Below, one piece after another: positions 7,301-16,011 of a stretch of DNA of 30,844 nt. The DNA comes from a virus (lineage: Duplodnaviria > Caudoviricetes). A program made the translations under genes and the position numbers. The notes under the pieces are model-generated. The model made no database searches, was not told the origin of the DNA, and saw only the letters and a list, made by a program, of their open reading frames with translations. Positions within the stretch are counted from its first letter, which is position 1. Every line of letters begins with the position of its first letter. The stretch is taken from positions 1 through 30,844 of IMG/VR virus record IMGVR_UViG_3300008050_000185; one strand, 5' to 3'.

Positions 7301-9263
7301 CGATTTTCGTCTCCAAGTTACTTAACTCTGCTATCAAAGCTTTGACTTCACTTCGACCCTCAAATAACATCTTTTCTTCCTGCTTATAAGTAGATTCTTG
7401 ATTTTCATAAATCCCTTTTCCTAAACTCTTTAGCCGAGGAGAGCCCGGGAGCCAGGTCTTTGGTTTAGGAAGCCCCTGTGCAGTATAATTCTGTGGGCGG
7501 CCATTTCGGCCGTCGCCATCGCGATATTTTACAGAAGTGTAAGAATGTCCCTTGGCTTGCGGCTTCGAAGATTTGGTAGTTATTAAGTTGCCAGTTTTGG
7601 GGTCACGTTTAGCCGGCGGAGCTGCCAATAATGCAGCGTCATCATCACCGCCGAGGTCTCCTCCCTCGGGTTCTTCACCACCCAGATCTCCAAGATCACC
7701 CAGATCTCCACCAAGGTCTCCGCCAAGGTCTCCGCCAAGGTCTCCGCCCCCAAGATCTCCAAGATCGCTTAGGTCCCCCCCCGCTCCTGCGGTTGCTTCG
7801 GATTCCGCCATGGATTCGGCGGCGGCATTAACTTGGGCTTCATATTTGCGATCAAAAAATATTTCTCTCTGGTTTCGTAAAAATTCTTCTTCCGACAATC
7901 CAAAAATATGCTCGGATACCCATCTCTTGGAAAAATAGTTTTCCGTGGCGCTACCGGCGATTTCGAATTTAGCTTTCCAGTGCTCCATCTCTTGGAGCGC
8001 GGCTATTTTGGAAGGATTGTTAAGTTTTAGGCGGAAACTGACCAAATCATCTCCACGGAATCCCAAGGTATAAAGATGGACAATGCCAATTTTTTCTAAT
8101 TCAGAAACAACCGACCTCTGAAGGCGTTGTACTGTTCGAGAGAATCTCACATCCTTTTGCGCAAGAGTTGTTTGGTCTTCAGAGGCCTCTCTGTCTGCCG
8201 ACAAATAGGCGGGCGGGATTTTTATGGCCGCGAAGAGCTTATCTCTCAAGTATTTGACATCATCTATGTCGCCGGTGAAAGCACCGCCAGGTAAACTTTC
8301 AACTCGGGAGCTTTCGCCTCCTCTCGTGGGGATGAAATAGTCTTCTTCGACCGAAAGAGGATTGTATCTTAAATCCACTCGGCCAGTATGGGAGTCCACT
8401 ACCTGATTTCTCTTCATAGACGTAATCGTTTTTTGAATATACTGCTCTACATCTTGAGGAGCAATATTACCCACATCCATGTAAAAGACTCGTCGCTCAG
8501 ACGAGCGCACGATTCGATAAGCCATCATGGCATCTTCCATGAGGACCAATTGGCGCCAAATCCGGCGTCCAGGCTCCATGACAGAGGTGCCGTAAGGCGC
8601 ATATTTATCATTTCCTAAAATACGGAAATGTGCCACTTGCCAATTTTCGAATGTCATGCCGGCGGAGTTCCACTGATATTGAATATAATTGGGGTTGGTG
8701 GGATCCTCACCCTCCAGACGCTCCACCTCTTTGAGAGGTAACGCGATGACTCCCTTTACACCCAATGCCTCATCGATATCCAAATAAAGTAAAAAATCTC
8801 CAAATTTAACCATCGAACGACACCAGCCAAATAAATTATGGTCTAAATTTAAAACATTCGTATATAACGATTGTAAAACGGCCCGTATTTCTTCATTGGG
8901 GCATTTAATGTCTAACATAGGCTGTAACGAGGAGTGGGTTGTCATTTCATCCGCGTAGATATCTAGCCCAGATGCTAATTCGGGCATATATTCCATTTGT
9001 TCGTAGTCCGTATAACGCTCCGATCTATTCTGTTGAGCCATGATTTTTGAATTCATAACATCAAAGGGACTATACTCGGATTTACGAAACTGTTGGCCCG
9101 AAGCTGATCGAAATTTAGTCGCGTACTGATCTAGAGAGGTTCTACGAATTTTTCGATTTTGCTGGGTGCGCCAATTTGTAATGGGACCAGAAAAAAGACG
9201 AGTTAATCTTCGAAATAATTCAGATTGGGGGTTAGCGGGATTTTTCTTATTTTGATCTGCCAT
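7284..9263 (-). CDS. gp20: Portal protein (T4 gp20-like)
   Basis: QLVLMEDAMMAYRIVRSSERRVFYMDVGN, EEDYFIPTRGG, LPGG, DIDDVKY, DVRFSRTVQRLQ motifs. Start placed at ATG 9263 (SD AAGGA, 2 nt after the TerL stop) rather than 9284; 659 aa. Confidence 0.96.
   Translation of the reverse strand: MADQNKKNPANPQSELFRRLTRLFSGPITNWRTQQNRKIRRTSLDQYATKFRSASGQQFRKSEYSPFDVMNSKIMAQQNRSERYTDYEQMEYMPELASGLDIYADEMTTHSSLQPMLDIKCPNEEIRAVLQSLYTNVLNLDHNLFGWCRSMVKFGDFLLYLDIDEALGVKGVIALPLKEVERLEGEDPTNPNYIQYQWNSAGMTFENWQVAHFRILGNDKYAPYGTSVMEPGRRIWRQLVLMEDAMMAYRIVRSSERRVFYMDVGNIAPQDVEQYIQKTITSMKRNQVVDSHTGRVDLRYNPLSVEEDYFIPTRGGESSRVESLPGGAFTGDIDDVKYLRDKLFAAIKIPPAYLSADREASEDQTTLAQKDVRFSRTVQRLQRSVVSELEKIGIVHLYTLGFRGDDLVSFRLKLNNPSKIAALQEMEHWKAKFEIAGSATENYFSKRWVSEHIFGLSEEEFLRNQREIFFDRKYEAQVNAAAESMAESEATAGAGGDLSDLGDLGGGDLGGDLGGDLGGDLGDLGDLGGEEPEGGDLGGDDDAALLAAPPAKRDPKTGNLITTKSSKPQAKGHSYTSVKYRDGDGRNGRPQNYTAQGLPKPKTWLPGSPRLKSLGKGIYENQESTYKQEEKMLFEGRSEVKALIAELSNLETKIDENEA
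7711..7746. repeat. 3 x 12-bp tandem repeat (ccaaggtctccg) within a degenerate GGDL/GDL repeat tract of the portal tail
   Basis: Exact copies at 7711, 7723 and 7735; degenerate units extend over about 7645-7785. Confidence 0.9.
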
Positions 9264-9265
9264 TT

Positions 9266-10867
9266 TTATCCTTTTATTAACCAAGCGTACTTAGTATACT
9301 CTTCTTGGGCTGAGTTTTGGCCTTTAAATAATTTATCATCTATGGCCGTCTTGCTATTATACCCTTCCATACCGGGTATCGACGTATTAATTTTAGTATT
9401 AACCTGGATTAGGGAATCTAAACACGCTTTGCGATATTCTATATCGCGCTCGTTGACCGTGAGGCCTGTGTCTCTTACCCAACAGCCAATAGCTAAAGCC
9501 ATAATTAAATCATCATTATACCCCCGCATGGCCTGGGGTTTACCGTTATGCCAAATAAAAGTTCTCAATTCGTTAATAGTTCTCAGTGAATATACATTAA
9601 TTAGTTTATTTCTGATGAATTCTTCTAATTTTGATATAATTAGTGGTCGCGTTTTAGAAGAAGTTGTGAAACCGGGGATTGCTGCCGAATTGCGTTCCCC
9701 TTGGTAACTTTCCACAAATTCGTGGGTTCCCTTAATTGAATAATATAAATTAGGATATTCAAGCTCAATCAGTTTCTCCAACACCGAAATTCCAATTCCT
9801 ACGTTCTCGACGACGAGTAAACAATTTCCATACTCCTTGGCCGTCTGAAAAAGAATATTAGAATACATATCCAAATTGGGCTTCCCTTGGTATTCGGCTA
9901 CAATCTCCATCGTTTCTAACTTAATTATATGAAAAACTGAATAATCGGCGCCATCACCGCGTGCCACATCGGCCACCATCAAATAGGAGGCCTCGGGCTG
10001 ATATTCTTCCCAGATCCACATATTTCTATCGAAGGATGTGCGATATTTCGGCTCCTTAGTTAATTTCTCCATGTATGCAATATCTTCTGGGTGGATCACT
10101 GTCTCTCCCGAAGTATTAAAATTGCATTCCAATTCCTGTGAAATTTCGCGACGGGACATATTTCTCGTCTCTTTATTAAACCATGCGTCGTCTCGGTCGG
10201 GATGAACATCCCACATTAATTCCACGGGGTGGAAATCATTTGTCCCTTCGGCGGCGGCGCTATAAGTTTTATGAAACCAATTTCCCACCCCGTTGGGAGT
10301 CGATAAGGCGATCACGCGTCCCCCTGTCGAAATGGTGGGATACAAGCCGGCCCACAACTCATCCAAATTCTCGATATGAGCAGCCTCATCAATAACAAGC
10401 AAAGAAAGAGCCTCTGATCGGCCGGCGTCTCCCGACGTAGAGGCAGCTTGAATCTGAGACCCATTAGATAATTCGAATGAGGCCCGGTTGTCAACCGCTA
10501 TTCCGGCGATAAGAAGCCACTCTGGTAAGTTTTTGAGAATTGCTTTTACTTTTTTAACTAGATTGGAGGCCGTCTTAAATTTTGTGGCCATTACCAAGAT
10601 ATTTTTGTCTCTATGGAAAACCATCATCCAAACAATATACGCGGCCGCTATTGTTGAAATCCCCAGTTGACGCGCTTTTAAAATGACGGTAAATCTATAA
10701 TCATTGAAATCCGTCAACAAATCTGTTTGGTAGGGATAGGTTTTAAAGGGAACCAGGCCATGTAGCGGGTGAGCTATGCGCGCATAATTATTAATGAAGT
10801 AGTTTGGATCCTTACCGCATTTAAGAATTTCTGTAACGATCTCTTTTTTGGAAAGAGCATACGTCAT
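9266..10867 (-). CDS. terL: Terminase large subunit (T4 gp17-like)
   Basis: YPYQ adenine-binding motif, KARQLGIST Walker A region, LLVIDEAAH Walker B, LSTPNG coupling motif, nuclease DVARGDGADYS and NDDLIMALA; adjacent to the portal. Confidence 0.96.
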   Translation of the reverse strand: MTYALSKKEIVTEILKCGKDPNYFINNYARIAHPLHGLVPFKTYPYQTDLLTDFNDYRFTVILKARQLGISTIAAAYIVWMMVFHRDKNILVMATKFKTASNLVKKVKAILKNLPEWLLIAGIAVDNRASFELSNGSQIQAASTSGDAGRSEALSLLVIDEAAHIENLDELWAGLYPTISTGGRVIALSTPNGVGNWFHKTYSAAAEGTNDFHPVELMWDVHPDRDDAWFNKETRNMSRREISQELECNFNTSGETVIHPEDIAYMEKLTKEPKYRTSFDRNMWIWEEYQPEASYLMVADVARGDGADYSVFHIIKLETMEIVAEYQGKPNLDMYSNILFQTAKEYGNCLLVVENVGIGISVLEKLIELEYPNLYYSIKGTHEFVESYQGERNSAAIPGFTTSSKTRPLIISKLEEFIRNKLINVYSLRTINELRTFIWHNGKPQAMRGYNDDLIMALAIGCWVRDTGLTVNERDIEYRKACLDSLIQVNTKINTSIPGMEGYNSKTAIDDKLFKGQNSAQEEYTKYAWLIKG

Positions 10868-11397
10868 TATTTATCGTGGGTGGTGCCAAACCCGCCTTCT
10901 TTGAGAAATTTATAATATTCAGTAGCGAGCGGGTCGACGACGCCTTCTCCCAAAGTATCTACGCCTTTGAGCCCGTTAATTTTAAATAGTTTGTGAGCCA
11001 TGACAAAGGTGCGTACCCGCGACGTATTTTGCACAAAACATACCGCGTCTCCCTGTGGGGTGAGAGTAACTGTACGGCCGGTAATAGATTTATATTCTTT
11101 TTTAAGGAAATCCGCGATACCGGCTAGTCGACGCTCACACTCTTCCTCAAATCCTTTTGCATATACGTCCTTAAGACGTACATCGCCCTCATAATTAATT
11201 TGGAGCATGTCTCCAATGAATTTGATACCAAATCCGTCAATAACACGAGAGTCTATAATGGGGCATCCTTCTTCTCGCGAAAGGACTCCGACTTTCGCGA
11301 TCTTGCCATCTTCCACAAAGCGCTGGTCATGTGCGCCGTCGTAGCCATTTGCAGCAGCTTGAGCAATTCCTTGTATAATTTCTAATGTTGTTGCCAT
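10867..11397 (-). CDS. Hypothetical protein upstream of TerL
   Basis: 176 aa; SD AAGGA; TAATG coupling to TerL. Confidence 0.7.
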   Translation of the reverse strand: MATTLEIIQGIAQAAANGYDGAHDQRFVEDGKIAKVGVLSREEGCPIIDSRVIDGFGIKFIGDMLQINYEGDVRLKDVYAKGFEEECERRLAGIADFLKKEYKSITGRTVTLTPQGDAVCFVQNTSRVRTFVMAHKLFKINGLKGVDTLGEGVVDPLATEYYKFLKEGGFGTTHDK

Positions 11398-11784
11398 TTA
11401 TTTATTTTCCTTTTTTGGGCGCCATCCAGATTTCCATCTTTCTTCGCGATCTTCTACCCATTGCACATAACAATTAAAACAACAATCAAATTTATTCATA
11501 TAAACATTATCTCTAATCTCAAATGAATAAACCTCGCAAATCGGACAATTTCGATTATTATCTCTATTAAGTAGTTTTTTAGAAATTAAAAAGCCATCAA
11601 CTTCTACTTTATCGTGGTCAGGGCAAGTAGCTTTTTCTTTCTCATGAAGCGCAATGATTTGTTGACGATAATCATCCTCCTTTTCGTCCGACCATTTGGA
11701 TTTAGGATTGCCAATAGACTCCTCGCCATACTTCTGGGAAATGGCTTTTTCGTATTGTGCGATTTTATTTAATTTATCGCTCAT
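11398..11784 (-). CDS. Hypothetical Zn-finger protein
   Basis: 128 aa; CPIC...CCFNC; ends WKSGWRP; ATGA-coupled. Confidence 0.7.
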   Translation of the reverse strand: MSDKLNKIAQYEKAISQKYGEESIGNPKSKWSDEKEDDYRQQIIALHEKEKATCPDHDKVEVDGFLISKKLLNRDNNRNCPICEVYSFEIRDNVYMNKFDCCFNCYVQWVEDREERWKSGWRPKKENK

Positions 11785-12221
11785 TTGCCATCCACCGCAT
11801 ATACGATTGCCACAGCAGTTAGAACTCCGGCTACAAATCCACCTGCGATTATTAATCCGGTACCGACCTTGCTTGGTTTTTTAGCAATGATTTTTCTTAG
11901 ATCCTCCACTTGAGCGTCATAGATAGCCAAGGAAGCCTCGTAGTGTTCTTTCTGAAACCGGATCGTGATGTTGAGTTGTTCGACCTGAAAATCGTATTCT
12001 TCTTTCTGAACTGCCAAGCGATAGGCCATTTCCAACTCATAATCTTCTTTGAGAAATTCGTGATCCGACAACATTTTCGCTGTGGCTTCAGGATCAAAGA
12101 GCGTGCCAGTAAATGGCACCTCATTTCCCTCTTGAACGAATGTAAATTTCCCATCTGCTGCATATGCACCGCTCGTGAAGAGAATAAAAATTAAGAATGT
12201 TTTGATAAAATTATTCCACAT
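11781..12221 (-). CDS. Exported coiled-coil protein with C-terminal membrane anchor (spanin-like candidate)
   Basis: 146 aa; signal-peptide-like N-terminus (...GAYA/AD), coiled coil, C-terminal GLIIAGGFVAGVLTAVAIVYAV; contains no Cys. Confidence 0.5.
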   Translation of the reverse strand: MWNNFIKTFLIFILFTSGAYAADGKFTFVQEGNEVPFTGTLFDPEATAKMLSDHEFLKEDYELEMAYRLAVQKEEYDFQVEQLNITIRFQKEHYEASLAIYDAQVEDLRKIIAKKPSKVGTGLIIAGGFVAGVLTAVAIVYAVDGK

Positions 12222-12612
12222 ATTCTAATCCGAATGTTTCAGAAATTTTGTCAGCCAATACTCGGGGTTGTTCTTCGAAATCGCGTACATGCGTTTCTGC
12301 TCGTTCTTTGCGGGCTTCTTCTAAATCTTCGCGAGTATCATTATAATCTTCTTTGAGTTGATTTAACATTTCTTCGTAATTTTTCAATGTGTTGTCGCGT
12401 AATGCCAACTCTTCAGCGTAAAGAGCTTTCATAGCTGCTATTTCACTTTCATAAGAATCCACGGCCACGTCAAAACTATCTTTAAGCGCCGAGTAATTAT
12501 TCCGCGATAAGAACACAAACCCCAACAAGCCGACCAGGGCAATAGTTTGCCAATACTTTGCCAAAAATTTGCCGATTCCGCCTATGAGGTCACCAAAATT
12601 AATGTTAATCAC
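12211..12612 (-). CDS. N-terminal TM plus coiled-coil protein (i-spanin/Rz-like candidate)
   Basis: 133 aa; single TM (WQTIALVGLLGFVFL) followed by a long heptad region; overlaps both neighbours. Confidence 0.5.
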   Translation of the reverse strand: MININFGDLIGGIGKFLAKYWQTIALVGLLGFVFLSRNNYSALKDSFDVAVDSYESEIAAMKALYAEELALRDNTLKNYEEMLNQLKEDYNDTREDLEEARKERAETHVRDFEEQPRVLADKISETFGLEYVE

Positions 12613-12812
12613 ATTCCCCCCTTGAGTTTCACAATTGCGTCAATTACGGATTGACCACCGATATATAATGCGCTTAAAATTAACCAATCTCCGCTATCGA
12701 TATGAGCCGTGAACATTAAAGCTGTTGCCATACTCCATACCAATAGTTTTCGTGAAACCATTTTTTCTAATACGCGGTCCAAAAGACCTTTTGCTACTTG
12801 TGTCATTGTCAT
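12609..12812 (-). CDS. Small two-TM protein, holin-like
   Basis: 67 aa; SRKLLVW, two hydrophobic segments, basic C-terminus; Met-Thr-Met start; SD AAAGGAG. Confidence 0.5.
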   Translation of the reverse strand: MTMTQVAKGLLDRVLEKMVSRKLLVWSMATALMFTAHIDSGDWLILSALYIGGQSVIDAIVKLKGGM

Positions 12813-12830
12813 GTATTCTCCTTTAGCCTA

Positions 12831-12840
12831 TATAATTAGT
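12831..12840 (-). promoter_or_regulatory. Putative late promoter motif ACTAATTATA
   Basis: Lies in the 32-nt gap after the Mre11-Rad50 stop, 18 nt before the holin-like ATG; marks the start of the lysis/packaging/head block. Confidence 0.65.
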
Positions 12841-12844
12841 TTCT

Positions 12845-15800
12845 TTACTGCTGAACGAATGCATAACCTTCCTTTTTATCAATGGTGACTTGCATGTCTA
12901 CACAGTCTTTTAAAGAATCCACATGAGAAATCAATAAAACTGTTTTAAAATATGATTTGATTAAATCTAAGATATCAATAAAGCCTTGCATATTTTCTTC
13001 ATCCAAGGCTGTTCCCGGCTCGTCGAGAACAAAGATATCCGATTTGGGTAAACTCGAAACCGATAAGAGAGCCAGCCGAATGGCGACGGCGGCAATTGTT
13101 TTCTCTGCCCCTGAGCCCATCTCCAGCGGCCGTGGGTTATATTCTGCATGCTTAATGAAGATATTTAATCTCTTACCGTCGTCTTCGAAAAATACTTCGA
13201 AGTCAACAATGTTTGCTAAGATTTTGGCTATTTCCTCGTTAATTACTGGAAGGCGCTTCTTGATGATGTCGTAAGCGATCCCATTGGGATGCATACACCG
13301 CAAATAAAGATCATAAGCCGCATACTCATCACGCAAATCAGTAAATTGTTGTTTTTGTTCTTTGATGTTTTCTATTTTCTGCTCATAGGAGCCAATTGTT
13401 TTATAGAGCGCCAATACATCTTCCTGGCATGCGTCATATAATCTCTGCATCCTCGTGGCTTCCCACTTGAGAGACTTTTTGGTTTTAAGCAAACTTTCCA
13501 AATTTTCAATAGCATCCTTATTAAGCTCATATTCCGAAACCTTATCTTCAAGGCAAACCACTTGATTCATTAAGTCTTTGATGATAGAAGAATTCTTTTC
13601 TACCTGTAAATCGGAATTGATTATATCATTAGACAGAGCATTCTTCTTCTCGGTCACTTGATTATATTTGGTAATATGTTCTTCGACTCTGTCGGGATTA
13701 ATTAAAGCAACCTGATCGGCTAAGTCCTCGATAGACTCCTCAAAAATATCAATTTTTTGTTTATTGCTGGGAATTATTGCCTTGGAGGCATATGCGTCTT
13801 TGATAAATTTACAAGTTGGAAACTGTGTGCCACATGGAATGCCGTCCAATAACTGCACCCTATTTGTATTCCTTTCTAATTCCTCTTCTTCTTTGTTTAA
13901 GTGAGATTCTAGAGCTTCGAGTTCTGCAACCATTTCATCAATTTTGTCTTGATCCTCATAGAGACTTTTAATATCAAAATTCTCGATAAAATCAATAATT
14001 TTTTGATATTGAGTTTTCTTTTCGTCGCGCTCCAACAGGAGAGTGTGATTCATATCCGATAGAGATATTATTTGATTCTTTGTGTCCCGAAGCTCGGTGC
14101 GAACCGTAACCACATCGATAATTTCAGCCGGAATTGACTCAATTTGAGCAATAATGTCTTCCCGTTGTTGGACTTTGTCTTTGATGGAAAGATCATATTT
14201 ATTACAATCGTTTTGTTGTTTGGAAAGTTTTAAATTACAATCTTCCAGGTCAAGCTCGGCGCTGATTAATTCTTCGTCATAATTGCGACCTTCCAATTTA
14301 TTAAGGGCGCCCTTAGTGTCAGCTACAGATTCCTTGGCTAATTTAAATTTCTTGTCGAAAAATTCTAAATCAAGAAATTTAGCTAAAATTTCTTTCCGGC
14401 GCGTGGAACCTTCGCTAATAAAAGCCAACGCCCCCAACTGAGAAGACATAGACGAAAAAAGGAAATCATCTAATGTTCCGAAGGTCTTACGAATGTTTTT
14501 ATCAGTATCATTTCTGGTGAGTCCATTTAATGTTTGGATATTATCCATCGATGCATTGTACATCTTAAAGTCTACATTTGTGCGTGCCTCTTCTGTCACG
14601 ACGCCTTTGAGCTTGCGCGTATATTTTTCCGATTCTCGCTCCACAAAATAGTCATTTTCTCCAATAGATATTTTTACAGTTCCGCGACCGATTCCTTGAT
14701 TCTGATTAATAATATTTAAATTTTTTCTGTCATTTTTGGAAGTTGAGTTAAAGATAGTGTATAAAATGGAGTCGATAATGCTCGATTTGCCGGAGAAATT
14801 CTTCCCGAAGATGCCCACAATTCCGTTTAGGTTATCAAAATTAATAGAATTGTCTTCCCCGTAATTAAAAAGATTATCCCATTTAATTTCACGCAACTTC
14901 CAATTAATATTGCGAGAGACTTCTTCATTTTCTTCCGCCAGTTGATTATATTTCAAATTTAATTGTTGCACCTTCTCCATCAAATTTTTTGATGGTTCGA
15001 AATCTTTCAGATATTCTTTTATGAGGTCTTCTTGGACCGTAAGATCGCGAAGGTCTTCAGTCTCCAGAGATATAGCCAATTCGTCGATAGTACCATGCTC
15101 GCCGGCTCCACGGTTGAGGAAGGTGACACTTTCCGGCTGAAATTGGTTTTTAGCGATTTCGATGGCTTTTCTCATTACGTTAAGGGGAAGGTTATTATGA
15201 GATACAAGCCGCAAACGAGCTTTTCGAGGAACTATTTTTTCAATATTTTTGGGCATTTTGCCCTTGGATGTCAAATCAATAGTAATAAACGGGCGCGGAT
15301 TATCAATCTGGATATGACGACAAGTAAAGTCTTCTTTACTATCAATTTCCCAAATTAAGAATCCTTTATCATTGGTCTCACCAAAGTTTTGTTGGATAGT
15401 AGAGCCAGGATAACGAATATAACCCCCTTCGTCCAAACACTGATTGGTTTTATGAATGTCCCCAAGGAATCCATAGTCGAGGCCGCGAAAAATTTCCAAC
15501 GGGTGATCGCCGTGTTGCATAACCCATCCTGTATCGGTCTTGACACCCGAAATAGATCCATGATATAGGGCAATATTAATTTTTTCTAGATCGCTTGGTT
15601 CAGACCAATTATCTTCATCAAAAACTGATAACACATTGAGAACAAAGTCGCCTTCTAGTGGAACTTCTCCTGAATTCTTCAATAAATTAAGATTTTGGTG
15701 ATCCAGGGCTTCTACGATTGGCGTTAATGCGTCTTGTCGACTCGAATTCTTTAAATTGCCATCATGGTTGCCTAGAATTATATAGGTGGGGGCAATATCT

Positions 15801-16003
15801 GCCAGACTTCGAAAGAAGTTAGTACACATCTCCACGAATTCCGGGCTAATTTGCGTCTTCGTGTGAGCGATATCTCCGCAATGGATGATATAGTCAACAT
15901 TTTCATCTTTTAGTGTTTGATATAGTTTATCAAATACAATTTTATATTCGTAATGATATTTTAAATTACGAATGTGAGTATCTGCAATATGCGCAAATTT
16001 CAC
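12845..16003 (-). CDS. Fused Mre11/SbcD nuclease - Rad50/SbcC ATPase (gp47-gp46-like) recombination protein
   Basis: 1052 aa. Phosphoesterase motifs ADTH, CGD, GNHD, HG, GDIH, YPGS; then Walker A GKNFSGKSS, Q-loop (SSQ), coiled coil, central CGTQFPTC, signature GSGAE, Walker B FVLDEP, ISH. GTG start with SD TAGGAG. Confidence 0.93.
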   Translation of the reverse strand: MKFAHIADTHIRNLKYHYEYKIVFDKLYQTLKDENVDYIIHCGDIAHTKTQISPEFVEMCTNFFRSLADIAPTYIILGNHDGNLKNSSRQDALTPIVEALDHQNLNLLKNSGEVPLEGDFVLNVLSVFDEDNWSEPSDLEKINIALYHGSISGVKTDTGWVMQHGDHPLEIFRGLDYGFLGDIHKTNQCLDEGGYIRYPGSTIQQNFGETNDKGFLIWEIDSKEDFTCRHIQIDNPRPFITIDLTSKGKMPKNIEKIVPRKARLRLVSHNNLPLNVMRKAIEIAKNQFQPESVTFLNRGAGEHGTIDELAISLETEDLRDLTVQEDLIKEYLKDFEPSKNLMEKVQQLNLKYNQLAEENEEVSRNINWKLREIKWDNLFNYGEDNSINFDNLNGIVGIFGKNFSGKSSIIDSILYTIFNSTSKNDRKNLNIINQNQGIGRGTVKISIGENDYFVERESEKYTRKLKGVVTEEARTNVDFKMYNASMDNIQTLNGLTRNDTDKNIRKTFGTLDDFLFSSMSSQLGALAFISEGSTRRKEILAKFLDLEFFDKKFKLAKESVADTKGALNKLEGRNYDEELISAELDLEDCNLKLSKQQNDCNKYDLSIKDKVQQREDIIAQIESIPAEIIDVVTVRTELRDTKNQIISLSDMNHTLLLERDEKKTQYQKIIDFIENFDIKSLYEDQDKIDEMVAELEALESHLNKEEEELERNTNRVQLLDGIPCGTQFPTCKFIKDAYASKAIIPSNKQKIDIFEESIEDLADQVALINPDRVEEHITKYNQVTEKKNALSNDIINSDLQVEKNSSIIKDLMNQVVCLEDKVSEYELNKDAIENLESLLKTKKSLKWEATRMQRLYDACQEDVLALYKTIGSYEQKIENIKEQKQQFTDLRDEYAAYDLYLRCMHPNGIAYDIIKKRLPVINEEIAKILANIVDFEVFFEDDGKRLNIFIKHAEYNPRPLEMGSGAEKTIAAVAIRLALLSVSSLPKSDIFVLDEPGTALDEENMQGFIDILDLIKSYFKTVLLISHVDSLKDCVDMQVTIDKKEGYAFVQQ

Positions 16004-16011
16004 TTTTTCTC

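Noticed and set aside
7645-7785. CRISPR-like array
   Set aside because: Units are 9-12 bp, in frame, and have no unique spacers; this is a coding repeat.
7552-7938. Plus-strand ORF with PPRS/SPR repeats
   Set aside because: Antisense shadow of the portal GGDL repeat; no independent support.
9264-9284. Portal start at 9284 as given in the ORF track
   Set aside because: Non-ATG start inside TerL; ATG 9263 has an SD and follows the TerL stop by 2 nt.
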